NCBI RefSeq assembly: GCF_004010195.1
Contig: NC_057719.1
Location: 46,356,137 to 46,420,136, forward strand
Reading direction: 5' to 3'
Length of the DNA stretch: 64,000 nucleotides
From: Chiloscyllium plagiosum
Lineage: Eukaryota
Numbering within the stretch: position 1 is the stretch's first letter; each line of letters begins with the position of its first letter. The position numbers and the translations under genes were made by a program. Positions 51,157-63,814 of the stretch are shown piece after piece. The notes beneath the pieces are model-generated. The model was not told the DNA's origin. It was given only the letters and a program-made list of their open reading frames with translations, and did no database searches.

Positions 51157-53649
51157 AAAATGTGACACTGAGTCACTTAAGAGCATACAGAAACAAGTGA
51201 TCAAAAGCTTGGTCAAAGAGGTAGGTTTCAAGGATTGTTCAATCATTAATCGATGACGGAGAGGGAGACAGGCAAGAAAATCTCCTTTCCAATATCAAAC
51301 CTAGAGTATGACAGTATTGCAACACTCTTTGCTTGTTTCCAGAAAAAAACAAGAAATTAGGAAATGTACATTGTCCTGGTGATGTAACAAAGGTGTGATC
51401 TAATATCAGGCTAATTATATCAAGTTCAGTTTTCATTTCTGACCTGCGCTGAGTTGAATGACCTTTGGCAGGGCATGAACTGAGAAGGTATTTTAGTATT
51501 CATGAGTTAAGGAGGTGAAAATCTTCCAGCACTTAGAAAATCAACTGATCCAAATCCATTTTTTTTAACAGCCAATCAATTGACTTGCCTTCCAGCAACA
51601 GAATGGTTTGATACTGAACTCAATATATTGCCACTAAGTCAGGTGTTTTCATTCTTTTCTAAACATGACGACCACTGTAATAAAAAAGCAAACACTGAAC
51701 TGAAATTTAATATTGTGTTATTAGTTGGGTAATTGAATAACCTGTCAGTGCTCAACTGGATAGTCGCTGAAAATGCAGTCCCATAACACAAAGTCCATGT
51801 CATAATGCTTTGCAAAAAGTTAAACATGTGCTTAACTAGGAACTTTATCACACTCTTGATGATTTAAAATACTTAAATATTAAATCTAACTGTACACATA
51901 ATTTGAAAAAAATTTCTAAATTAGTCAGCACAGTGATAAATTAGTGCTATTCATCAGAATATGTCTGCAGTGCAAGGTCCATCTATGGTAATGCTGCAAA
52001 AATAAAGAAGCAAATCTTTTAAAAGTGTACAATCAAAATCTTAAGCTCTCATCTGCAGACTGCAGGTTGATGCTACATAGCATGGAATGTTTCCTGTGTC
52101 ACTGAATACTTTGTCTTGTTCTGAACTTTTGATTTTCTAACAGGCTATTGTAATTGATAACTAGAAGCAGATTGGTAAAAATTGCTTTGTATAACTGAAT
52201 TATCTATAACCTACAAGTATGGTATGTAACAATGCTGGAAATAAATTTTCACTGTAAACTACTACTAATAAACAACTGTGAGAATGATTTACCAACATCA
52301 GTTGAACAGGTCAAATTTCAATGAGTCAATACATGATCAAATTACAATTAAAGCTTTTCTTTTGTATTTTAACCTCCAAATTCTCTCATTACCTCTCCTT
52401 AAGGTGCTTACCCTTGCCAGGATATAGTTACAGGGGGTGTTATTCACCGTTTGGCTCCTTGCCTATATGAAACTTTCCTTATACGAACATAGATATTGAG
52501 CACTGACAATTGTAGGCTAGCATCTCAGCTGAGCCTGATCTTAATTCCACCTGATGTCTGCTTCTTGGGGTCAGTAGATAGAAATCAGGCAGTGAAAACT
52601 TGTTCGATGATTCTTCCCAAACCCCGGAATGCTGAGGGCAATTTTACTATCCCTGTTGCCATCCTGGCCAAATTAGCTAACTGAGCATAGACCAGGAAAC
52701 AAACATTAGACAATAATATCCTTATACATTCATTCTATCATCTATGATGCCTTTGCCACCAGAACCATGAGAATAAAAACTAGTCCTTGTATTTAGACTC
52801 AGTTCGGTTTTCTGTTGATGAGTTCACTTTGGCCTGGTTGGATTTGATCATTTTGTGCTATTTAATGTATTATGTGTTCTGTGGTTTATCAGTTGCCTAC
52901 AATGACTGCTGGAAATAAACCCTGGGGTTTGGCATGCTTACAACAATCATTTGCTTTATGGTTTACATTTCTGTTGTAAATGAATGTCAGTAACAGTGCC
53001 AACATTCATAAAGAGTACATCTCCTGCGATGCCATGAAATGTGCAATGTTTCTCAATTTATTAAAAGCATAGCATTTTAACAAACTCACAATTGGTTTAC
53101 ATGCAAACTTTACAAAATATCACAACTGAAAACACCAGATTGTGTTAGGGTGTACATTTGCCTTTATTCGGTTAAACTCTTTCTTTCATACACTAATCAG
53201 AACACTGTGCAGTCTTCTTCATTCTGGACTCTGTGGTTTAATGTTTAGGACTAGAATTATTTTTAAAGTCTCAGTAATGACTGGAATTACAAAATTGTAA
53301 TCAGTGAGAAAGGATGCAGCCTGTTTAGACTGAAAAAATATATAAATGTGGTGGCCACATGTACTCTCATCTTTCTATGCAAAGGTTATGATGAAAGGTT
53401 CCGTGCTAAAAAGTTATAGAGATACAAGGGTATATACCAGCCTTCAAGTAGTGAATAGCTCCCACATTCAATAAATGCAAGGCCCTCCGTATTTATAAAA
53501 TTTCAGATGCTGCAGCTTGTGCAAATGTTCCATATTTACATCAAAATATATTCTTGAATGCTTATTTGTTGTACATCAAAAATCTCCATTTAAGATGTAT
53601 TTGATATATGCTTGGGGTAACTGAGAGAAAATTATGAACTGTAGTTTAC

Positions 53650-53803
53650 GCTCCAAGGAAAACAGCTCCAGCCTAGTCAGCATCTCCCTATAGCTTAAAC
53701 CCTCCAACCCTGACAACATCCTCGTAAATCTTTTCTGAACCCTTCCATGTTTCACAACTTCTATCGTTTAGCAGGGAGGCCAGAATTGAATGCAGTATTC
53801 CAA
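53650..53803 (-). mobile_element. HER1-type CR1 internal fragment
   Basis: Reverse complement matches 50605-50760. Confidence 0.8.
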
Positions 53804-54400
53804 AATATTAGTTTGATAGTGATAGGTTGGTATTTTGTGCTGCTGATGGGAGACTTTATTGAATTAAATTCTAGTTTGTGTTTTGGTTTTAATCTTTTCA
53901 TCATTTTGCAGATAATTATTGACTCGGCACTGTTGTAATAGTGGTTTCTTGACAGTGGTCCACCTGGTTAGTTTCACATATATTATGGAGTGTGTAATCT
54001 AATTCTCATAATGTCATTGATGGTAGATCTATTAGATTTTTGCAGGAGTCATGTTCAATTGTTTTTGTTCAAATTGTTGGATTTGACTGTTATGGTTAGG
54101 CTTTCTTCCAACACTTTAGTTTTGAAGTTATCACATAGAGTGGTTTTCATAAGCGGTTCAAGTGCTTTGAGCTCCTCCCAGGTCTGGTGGGACGATTTTC
54201 ATGATCCTTTAATCCTGAGAGCTATATTGGAGGAGTAAAGGTTTGGTTAGTGCTACCCAAGTCAGTGATGGTGAAAAGTAGGGACCAGACTAAACACGAG
54301 CATGGAAGAGGGAAGAAGGAGGAAGCAAAGAAGAGGAGGAGTTGGCGGGGGATGGAAAAGAGGAGATGCAGGGGAGGGAGAGGACAGGTGAAGTAAAAGG

Positions 54401-54832
54401 AAGACTTGTATTCATATCATGCTTTTTGTAACCATTGGACATTTCAAAGAATTTTATAGCCAATGAGATGCTTCTAAAGTGCAAATCACTCCTGTAATAC
54501 AAGAAATGTAGCATCTGATATGTGCACAGCAAGATTCCACCAACTGCAGTCTGATAATGACCAGATTATCATTTTTTGTGATGTTGATTGAAGGATAAAA
54601 ATTGACCAGGACACCAAGAATAATTCAATTGCCAATTTTCAAAATAATGTCATGGGATCTTTTCTTTTCATTTGATAGAGCAAATAGGTTTAATGACTTA
54701 TCTAATGTGCCACCTCCAACAGTGCAACATCCCCACAGTATGAGACTTGCATTTCATTCTTAATCTCTCGAGTGGGATTTAAACCTGAAATCTTGTACTT
54801 CAGAGGTAGGAGTGCTACCAACTCAGCTATGC
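54401..54832 (-). mobile_element. Deu-core SINE (SacSINE1-like), near full length and diverged
   Basis: Minus strand has a tRNA-like head, then gcactgttggaggtggca...aaagatcccatgaca...ggtgtcctggtcaa (Deu core as recalled from AmnSINE1/SacSINE1), and a tail ending atgaatacaagtctt. Confidence 0.8.
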
Positions 54833-57221
54833 ATCCTATGCCAGCATGAGGATCGATAAAGGAGGGAATAGGAAAAGAGCGTGGGAAGAAGAAGCGAGCA
54901 TCAAGAAGAGGAGGGAATGGGAGTGGGTGATGGGATGTGCTAATGAGCAAGGTAATGAGAAAACCTTGGGGCTTTGTGCAATTGATTGTAAATAATCAGC
55001 ATGAATTAGCCGGTTTTGATATTCAATAAACATCATGCCCCCATTTTATTGGAAAATCTTTAGTCTCTTATTTAGGAAATGGACAGTGAATGGAATGCAG
55101 TCTGATGGGGAAACTTTTGAAATATAATGCTGCACAAATAGCTAAACTTTTAAAAAGAATGCTGGATGATCTTAAAACTGAAATAAAGAGGTCAAAAATG
55201 CTGCAGGAATATCCTAGATCAAATAAGACAAACTGCCACTGGTGTGGTATGATCTTAATGTTAGATTATTATGTGAAGGTAAGCTGTGTTGGCTTGCCTA
55301 AGCACTCATCAAGTGTTTTCTTGGTCCTCAAGGGGGACTAATGCAGTCCGTGTCTAATGGACTCAAGTATCTGGCTTAGGTCACAAAAGGATGTAACTTT
55401 CACATCCGTGGCTCATACTATCATTGATTTAGATCAGTGAGAGTTAACCCCCATAAAGGTAAGATGCTCATGCCTCTTTCAGAAGGGATTGATGCTGCTG
55501 AATCTGAGAAAGAATTGAAAGCAGACTTGAATTTGAAACAAGCATCTTTAGTATATGGGCCTCCAGGGAACTTTAATATGAATCTGAGGCAGTAATTCAA
55601 TCTCAGGTTCTGTCCAGTTTCATAACCTACTTGAGCTTTGCTGCTGCAGTTTCTGCTGTCATTGTAGCTGCTCAAAGTTCAATCATGTAACTCACTATCA
55701 GCTACGTATAATTATACAGACAATAAAGGCCATTTATAAGTTAGAAAATATTCTTAATGTTAGTAATTAAAGTAACTTTAATCAAGACTATGATAGTAAT
55801 TCATCAAACACAATTTTTTGTTCTGGTTCTAAATATTTTTCAGAACATTTATCATGAGAAATAGATGTGATATTCTAAATAGTATATTTGATAACTGTCC
55901 TGGAAAATCCAAAACCATTTTTCTGCACCTTGTCCAACAATTTCCTCATCTTTTCCTGAAGGTTCTGGCTATTTTTAGGGTTCTAGAACATGGGTTCCAC
56001 TAATATAACTTGATATGTAAGCCTCACTGATGTGTGTTGAACAGATTTTCCCAACAATTAAGTTTTTCTGACTAATCTTGGTCCCATTCCCTCCCCACAG
56101 TAGAGAAGTCCTCATTGAGCTGGTCGTAGTTGACGTGTTGCTTTGTCCATGCTATGACATATCAATACCAAGTTTCTATACAAAAGTACAAGGTGTGGCT
56201 ATTATGAAAAAAGGTACAACTAAAGTTTAGTGAGCTGATGATTGAAATGTTTTTGTTTTGTTACATGTCACACCATTGATGAGTTATTATGCCTTTGAAC
56301 ACAGCTAGGGGCATCTGATTGCTAAACAAGCTGTTTTGTTGTGTGTTTATGATCTAGCTCTGTTTAGTCTCCCAAAATAATGCTGCTAGGGACCATGGAG
56401 CTTTCTGTAGGACCTCTTGATTTATAGCTTGATCTACAGACATGTTCGCTTCCAACTCTTCCAGATGTTCCAGCTTTTCAGGTTCAAACCCCTGCTTCCT
56501 TTTAGCTCACTCTTTTTCATTATGTAACCCTGACATCATTACATCATCATCATCATGGTGGATGATTGTTCCTCCCATTACACTTGCCATTCATCATAAC
56601 AATACAGGGACATGTAGTGGGGTAGAGACCACACTGGGTTAGTAGTACAGTGGCCCAGGCCAATGGTCAGGGGGCATGGGTTCTAATATCGTCCTCACCA
56701 CTGATGGATATTAAATTTAGTTAATAATAATCAGGAATTAAGAAACATAGTATTACAGAAAACAGGTACAGGAGTAGGCCATTTGGCCTTTTGTGCCTGC
56801 ACCACCATTCAATATGATTATGGTCGATCATACAATTACAGTATCCTACTCCCACCTTCTCTCCATACCCCTCGATCTCTTTAGCCACAAGGGCCAAGAC
56901 CAGCTCCCTCTTGACTATATTTAACAAAATTGAAAACAGGCCATTGTTAATGGCAGTCATGAAACTAACAATTCTAATTAAAGTCCATATGGTTCACTAA
57001 AGCCCTGAATGATCTTTAATGTCCTCCTATCCTTACCTCACCAGACCTACCTGTGATTTTCGATTCATAGTAATATGGTTGACTCATATTTACCCTCTAA
57101 ATTAGCTTGACAAGCCTTTCAGTTCAAGGGCATTTTTAGACTTGGGAATCATATTCTGGCCTTCTGAGCAACACTCACCTCCCATGAAGTAACAAATAAA
57201 ACAAAACGCAAATAAATACTT

Positions 57222-57432
57222 AAAGGCAGAGGCTGTGTTGTGAACGGGTTCTGTCCTGGAGTCTGTTCGCAAGTCAATTTGTACACAAGTCAGAACACAA
57301 TGTAAAGCAGCTGGTTGTCAGCACAGGAAATATTTATATGTCAGGTCTTTAAAATTACATCCCTATAGGAGATCACTTTTGTAAGTATGAGCATTTGTAA
57401 GTTGGACGTTCATAAATCGGGAACTCCCTGTA
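57222..57432. mobile_element. Tigger/pogo-like MITE, diverged
   Basis: Right end gttcataaatcgggaactccctg+TA, a decayed left counterpart, and internal gtaagt repeats. Confidence 0.55.
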
Positions 57433-58156
57433 CAGTTGCATACAAAGGCAATTCCAGATAACCTGACTGCACTGTAAGTAAAAATCCACCTCTTTATTTA
57501 CAAAAGAGTTGAAGAAAATCACTTTGGTTGAGCATGGTTGGGGTAAATACATTCCATTCCTTTAATTCTATAATTTTGCTGTTTACGTCATGCCCTGATG
57601 TGAAAAGTTCAAAGAGCAAGTACATTACCCAAAAAAAAAACTCTATGTGAGGCGGATGAACTGACATGGTTCATTGAATCAGTAATGAATAGTTCCTGCA
57701 GTAGGTTTTTCGCTGGACTACCAAATTCGTGCTGGTGAATGGAAAAAGTCTGGGAGCAATATGGAACTAATGGGTACAATCAGAAAAAAATGTGAAACAG
57801 CAAATTCCACAAAGAGTTTTGCAAAGTTACTGTTTCCATAATAAGAAACCCATGGAATGCACACTGCCATTGTGGTTTGGTCAGTAATTTGATGAGCAAA
57901 GATTCAGGAAAGAGGAAGTGAGTGTTTTGTCACAAGATGTGGTTATGATCTTTAAAAAATAAATCGCATCATTCCATTCAAAATCCTTGACTTTTGAGTG
58001 AATATGGAACTTGCTCCTCAGTTTTTCCTTTCCCTCCCCTTCTTTGCTAAAGATTTTGGTGTAATGTACAAACACTAGGAGCTTGCCTAAGGGGTGAATC
58101 AAGAGAAATCGAAAGATCAGAAATCCAGGGTAAAGGAGCAGGGGGTAGGTGCAGTG

Positions 58157-58291
58157 TCCTCTATTCCTGATGGAGGGCTTTTGCCCAAAAATCGATTTTC
58201 CTGCTCCTCGAATGCTGCCTGACCTGCTGTGCTTTTCCAGCACCACTCTCATCTAGACTCTGGTTTCAGCATCTGCAGTCCTTGTTTTTAC
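58157..58291 (+). mobile_element. Short Penelope-like pLTR fragment (family B) with degenerate hammerhead
   Basis: ttc-CTGATGG-A-GGGC-TTTT-GCCC-AAAA-A-TC-GA. Flanking repeat TGCAGTG at 58150-58156 and 58292-58298. Confidence 0.8.
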
Positions 58292-59159
58292 TGCAGTGAC
58301 CGAAAGCCTACAAATATGGACTTTGTGAAAGTCCTGTTAACTATTTTTGATTTTACATCTTTTTCTGGCCACAGTTAGCCTGATTAAGAAGTGGCTTGTT
58401 TTTTGTTTACCTTGGAGACTAAGTGTCAGCTCTCTGACACCCCCTTCACCCTTGTCCATTACCCACCATCAATCATCAGGCCAATGTTTCCCAGTCACCG
58501 GCCTCCTCTTCTTGAGAGCTTCCCTGCATTGCCACTAACTTCCTGTCCCCCAACCACAAATGTGCTGCTTTGAACCACTTCCGAAGATCTACAAACAGGA
58601 TTGCCTCAGTAGAAGCATCATTTTCCTTGTGTTCTTGATCCATAGAACTGATTGTTCCTGTCTGAACACTTTTATACTCACTTTTCTAATCTTTTCCCAC
58701 TTATATCCCTGAATTTTCCAATGTATTTTGTTACTTTAAAGGATTTCAATTTACTGCACCTAACCATCTCCTTTTCACCAAAGACACCAAATCTCTCTAT
58801 AGCTCATTCCCCAGCAGAATGAAGATCTCTCCACTTTACCTTGAATGGGTGTCTAACCATCCACCTTCATACTCCTCTCATTTACTGAACATTGAACATT
58901 CTTTTCTTTCTCTGAATGAAGGATGTTCTGTGAAACCTGTATGGGTCCAAGGTATGCCTTTGCTGCCACCCTGAATTGCCTTTGAGAAGCTTCTTGCAGG
59001 AGCAGCTACATCCACAGTGCCACTGGGAGTGGATCTCCAGAATTTTGATCCTGCAACAGTGAAGGAATGCCAATATAGCTGCAACACCTCGTCTATCTTT
59101 TATCTTCTCCATCCAAAGTGCCAAATAGACCATCAGGTGCAAACTGAGCTTCTTTCAAT

Positions 59160-59759
59160 GTTGTGGTTCTGTTCGCCGAGCTGGAAGTTTTTGTTGCAAA
59201 TGTTTCGTCCCCTGGCTAGGCGACATCATCAGTGCTTGGGAGGCTCCTGCGAAGCGCTTCTTTGATGTTTCCTCCGGTGTTTATAGTGGTCTGTCCCTGC
59301 CGCTTCCGGTTGTCAGTTTCAGCTGTCCGCTGTAGTGGTTGGTATATTGGGTCCAGGTCGATATGTTTGTTGATGGGGTTTGTGGATGAATGCCATGCCT
59401 CTAGGAATTCCCTGGCTGTTCTCTGTCTGGCTTGCCCTATGATAGTAGTGTTGTCCCAGTCGAATTCATGTTGCTTGTTGTCTGCGTGGCATGGCATTCA
59501 TCCACAAACTCCATCAACAAACACATCGACCTGGACCCAATATACCAACCACTACAGCGGACAGCTGAAACTGACAACCGGAAGCGGCAGGGACAGACCA
59601 CTATAAACACCGGAGGAAACATCAAAGAAGCGCTTCACAGGAGGCTCCCAAGCACTGATGATGTCGCCTAGCCAGGGACGAAACGTTTGCAACAAAAACT
59701 TCCAGCTCGGCGAACAGAAACACAACAATGAGCACACGAGCTACAAATCTTCACACAAA
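59160..59759. mobile_element. Young inverted (palindromic) Poseidon-type Penelope insertion
   Basis: Near-identical ~240-bp arms (59160-59399 and 59488-59726) encoding AWHSSTN.INKHIDLDPIY. 11-bp TSD CTTCTTTCAAT at 59149-59159 and 59760-59770. Confidence 0.95.
59652..59690 (+). ncRNA. Minimal type-I hammerhead ribozyme with intact core; mirror copy at 59196-59235 (-)
   Basis: GCA-CTGATGA-T-GTC(G)CCT-AGCC-AGG-GAC-GAAA-CG-TT-TGC. Helix I GCA/TGC, palindromic ACGT in place of helix III, predicted cleavage after 59687. Confidence 0.8.
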
Positions 59760-61829
59760 CTTCTTTCAATTTTGTTTCCTGCATCCTCTGCTCACAATTA
59801 AGCCTCTTTCACATTGAGATGAAATGCTGATTAAGTGATCACCTTTTGGAACACCTCTGTTCAGTCTTTATGTAAGACTCTCAAGTTGCTTATAATTTTA
59901 ATTTTCTACCCTCCATCCGTTCTGTGCTTTCTGTGCTCAGCCTCTGACAATGAAGCTCAATGGAATCTCAAGAAACAGCACCTCACCTTTTAGTTCTGCA
60001 CTTTACAACATTCCAAATGCACATTGACTTCAATAATTTTTTAATGAATGCATGATTTTACTGTCATGCGTATTTTTCAGTAAGAAAAACAGTAAAATTC
60101 AGTGAAAAACTTCTCCACTGTTGCCACAATCCAGTGTCATTTTTAATAGTTTAAGAATAAGAAAATAAAAGAACGATATTACTTAACGAGAGTCCACCAG
60201 TCCTGAGCCAGCTCATCATTAACAACACCTGCTCTAGGATCCTGCCTCCTCTGCCTCACTGTCCTCTACACCGGACCCAACCAATGTTGAAGTTGCCACT
60301 TTTCAGGTGCCATGTTTTGCTGCTGGATCATTGTCCACAGCCACTGCCTCGATGCCACCTATGCCAATTCACCAGTGTCAGATCACATCTCTTGCCACTG
60401 GGCCCACCTCAATGTGGCTGTGATGCTCTTCTGCCCCAGTTTACAGGTAGCTCTCTTGTACCATCTCAAGGGCAATCATGGATGGACAATAAAAGCTGGC
60501 CTTCGTTCTATGAAAAACATTTTGTAACCTCTTCCCATATTTTTCAGATGGTTGAAGTTGGTAATGATTCTGCCCATTTACCCCTCCTTTGGGCAAATCC
60601 TTTTTGATTATCTTTCCTTATCCCAGTACCATCTCCTTTCATTTCATACCATCATACACTTTGCAGTTTAATCTCTCATGTCTTTCTTCTGTCACAGAGG
60701 TCAAAGAAAGTGGATTTTGTAGGGTGGGTGGGCATGAATGACTTAGGTGTGCACTGCCCATTAAGGTTCTGATGCAGCAGCCCCTCCAACCCCCAAGATG
60801 ACAAATCCTGATGGCAGAGGTCTCAGGTAAAGTCATTTGCATCCTCATCAGGTAACTGCTGTGTCCACCGGTTATCACAACACCCTCTTGGGTATATATT
60901 CATTTTTGGTGCTTCTGCAGGATAAACAATTCACTTTTAAGTCCATGCTATATTCCTGCAGGGTAGCTGGGAACTGTGTTGCTATCAAACACCAAGCACA
61001 GAGTATGTAAAATGAAACTATTTTCCACATTTGTCACCTGAGTTACCTGTTATTTAGTCATTATAAAGTTGTCCTGTGTTTCCCATGGGGTGAAATAGTA
61101 CAGAACAATGAAGAGCTGGGAATGATTACAAGGCAGTAATCTAATCAAGAGGTTCAGGTGACCTCCTGAGAAACAGGGATTCAATTACAACCTTGGAATC
61201 TGCTTTCATTTATAAAGTATATAGTTTTAATATTACACGGGGTTTTAATTATGTTTTTGACAGCTTTTGTGCCAGCAGAGGATCGTACTTCAGATGCCAA
61301 CCATCAGTGAAAGGTATATTTCTCAGGAAAGAAAATCAGCCATTATGATATTCATGAGGTTTACTGAAAGATAAACTGTAAGAGGAAGTTCTCTATATAC
61401 AGTTGTGGAAAATTTATCAGCTCACCAAAACAAAGAGATTAAATCTTTAGATTGATCTGGTGATGCTATTAGTATAAGAAACATATGAATTGTTTGTCAG
61501 TTTCCCCGATGGGTTAGTTAGTGCAGCTGTTGTCCAATATGAAAGTAAGCCATAGTTACGAGGCAAATGGAACAAGTCCAGAGTCAATCTTCATTTTTCT
61601 GAACCATGTCTTTTCCATGAATTGATGAGCTCAAACTTGAGAGGACAAGTAAAAGAATATATACATCAGTGAGAATGTAACTCATCCTGCCCTGCCTCCT
61701 CTGATTTCACTACTCTCTGTCACTGCTAGCCTTCTAACTCCATTTGAGCTCTTGCATTCAAAGTCAAGCCAGTGCTTTGAGTTACCATCTATACAAGTCA
61801 AAGGCTGATATTGTTAGGGTAACATATGA

Positions 61830-62700
61830 ATAAGGATGGATAATGTTAGCCATTGTTTGATGGAATGGAGCATAAAAATAGGAGAGTCTTACTGCAACTG
61901 TACAATGCAGTAATGAGACCACATCTAGAATACCACGCATTTCTGACTTACTTATTTAAGGAGGAATCCACTTGCATTGGAGACAGTTCTGAAAAGGTCC
62001 ATTAGGCTGATTCCTGGAAGGAAGGCATTGTTTTATGAGGAAAAATCGAACAATCCATATTCATTGGAGTCTAGAAGAGTGAGAGGGTACTCTTGTTGAA
62101 ACATCAGGATGCCAAGGGGCTTGACAGGATGAATGCTGACAAGATATTCACCCACATGAGGGTATAGAGTCATAGGGTCATAGAGATGTACAGGTATCTA
62201 AAATCAGGAGACACAGCCACAAAATTAGGGGTCTCCCATTTAAAATGGTGATTGAAATAACTCCACAAGGCCAGTATGCCAGCACCAAGTCACCCTTTAT
62301 TTACATGGCACTGATCCACCTAGCTCAGAGCCAGTTCATAGAGAGCAGAACCCCACACACTCCTGTTTATATCTGTCAGCCAGTGTTCCCTGATTGGACC
62401 ATATTAACACCCCAATCAGGGAACTCAAATTCTATGAGGTCCATCTTGCTGACTTTGTTACAATCACTCAAGTGATGAGGACGGATTTCTTCTGTTAGAG
62501 GGTCATTAACCTTTGGAATTCTCTTCCCTAGACAGCAATGGACTTTGGGTCATTTAACATGTTCAAGATTGAGTTAGTCAGAATTTTAATTGACAAGGGA
62601 ATGAAGCATCATGGAGGGGAACAGGAACAACAGTGAAGTCAAGACCATGATCATACTGAATGGCCACCATATGGCCTACTTCAACATCATGTTCTTATAA
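61830..62700 (+). mobile_element. Old CR1 LINE 3' fragment split by a solo LTR
   Basis: K.RRVLLQLYNAVMRPHLEY at ~61875-61935 and RVINLWNSLP at ~62500-62530. Confidence 0.8.
62253..62471 (-). mobile_element. Solo LTR of the same family as the Gypsy at 17.8-25.35 kb
   Basis: tgaaataactccaca...ccctgatt.gacca...caatcagggaac...ttctatgaggtcca...ttacaatcact shared with 24656-25350. 5-bp TSD GTGAT at 62248-62252 and 62472-62476. Confidence 0.9.
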
Positions 62701-63292
62701 TCACAAAGCCTCTCTAATTTTCATTGGTCATATATAAAGCTGATAAATATAATTGGTGACAAAGCTGTCACTGAACCCATCACTGTATTTATTGTATTCC
62801 CTCTAACACCATTTGCTTTACATCTGCCTCAAGTCACTTGAAATTGAGATTTTGGTCTTCCAACTGCCTCACCTTTGAACTTCCACAAACAATTGTTGAT
62901 TTCAACCTCTCTATATCCAACTTGTAAAGCCTGTAATCTCTCCAAACCTGGTTATCTCTGCTGAAATAGCTCAATTACCTCTTCTCTGTGTACAACAAGT
63001 TCAGATTTGAATCCCTGCATGGGAATACAATTGCCACCCAGTTCCTTCTATGGTATACACTATCCTAACTCAGACATACGTCATTGTTTCTTCCTTATTT
63101 CTGGATAAATGTCCAGGAAGTCCCTATCTAAAAGCATTGTTGGAGCACTTGATTACAGCACACAGACTGCAGAGTTTTAACAGTATTCTCAGATAACAAT
63201 AAGTACTGACCTTGTCAGTGAGACTGACACTGCAAGAATGAAGAAAAGCAAATGACCAGTTTCTCATGAATTCTCTTCCTCATTTGAACTTG

Positions 63293-63487
63293 ATGTGGAG
63301 GAGCCAATGTTGGACTGAGGTAGACAAAGTTAAAAGTCACACAACACCAGGTTATAATCCAGCAGGTTTATTTGGAAGTACTAGCGTTCGGAGCACTGCT
63401 TCTTCATCAGGTAGCTGATGAAAAAGCAACGCTCCGAAAGCTAGTGCTTCCAAATAAACCTGTTGGACAATAACCTGATATTGCATA
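63293..63487. mobile_element. Palindromic Penelope-like pLTR insertion (family D) with two back-to-back hammerhead motifs
   Basis: Minus 63379-63412: AC-CTGATGA-AGAAGCAGTGCTCC-GAAC-GC-TA-GT. Plus 63415-63446: CTGATGA-AAAAGCAACGCTCC-GAAA-GC-TA-GTG. Flanking repeat ATTTGAACTTG at 63282-63292 and 63488-63498. Confidence 0.85.
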
Positions 63488-63549
63488 ATTTGAACTTGTT
63501 AAGGCCTCCAAATAGAATATTCAATCTCACCTCTTTTCATGGAGTAAAT

Positions 63550-63700
63550 ATTAACCATTGCCAACACTATAATCTACTTTCTGTCCTGTTACCCTGATGT
63601 GCTTACGTAAGGTATGATTTGTGCGGTTGGCATGCAAAACAATACTTTTCAGTGTATCTTAGTACATGTAACAATCATAAGTCAAATAAAATCAAATCCA
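63550..63700 (+). mobile_element. Rex-Babar-like LINE 3' tail
   Basis: cttttcagtgtatcttagtacatgtaacaat followed by (AAATC)n, the reverse of the tail type near 27390. Confidence 0.6.
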
Positions 63701-63814
63701 AACAAATGTGGAATGCAGCAAGATGGGGATGACCTTGATTTGGAACAGAAAGTTTTAACCATCCAGGAAATGCCTATTTGAATAGGTCATGTGCACCTCT
63801 GTGAATTTTGTAAG

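Larger units (their letters stand above)
58420..60040 (+). mobile_element. Old Penelope-like element (Neptune-like): RT remnants and GIY-YIG, interrupted by a CR1 piece and a younger Penelope
   Basis: LPKIYKQDCLSRSII (~58580-58620) and FQFTAPNHLLFTKDTKSLYS (~58744-58803). 59770-60040 resembles VYCI.C...GE....LGD.F.EH...EQHL.F.L.TLQ....NIDFN. Confidence 0.75.
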
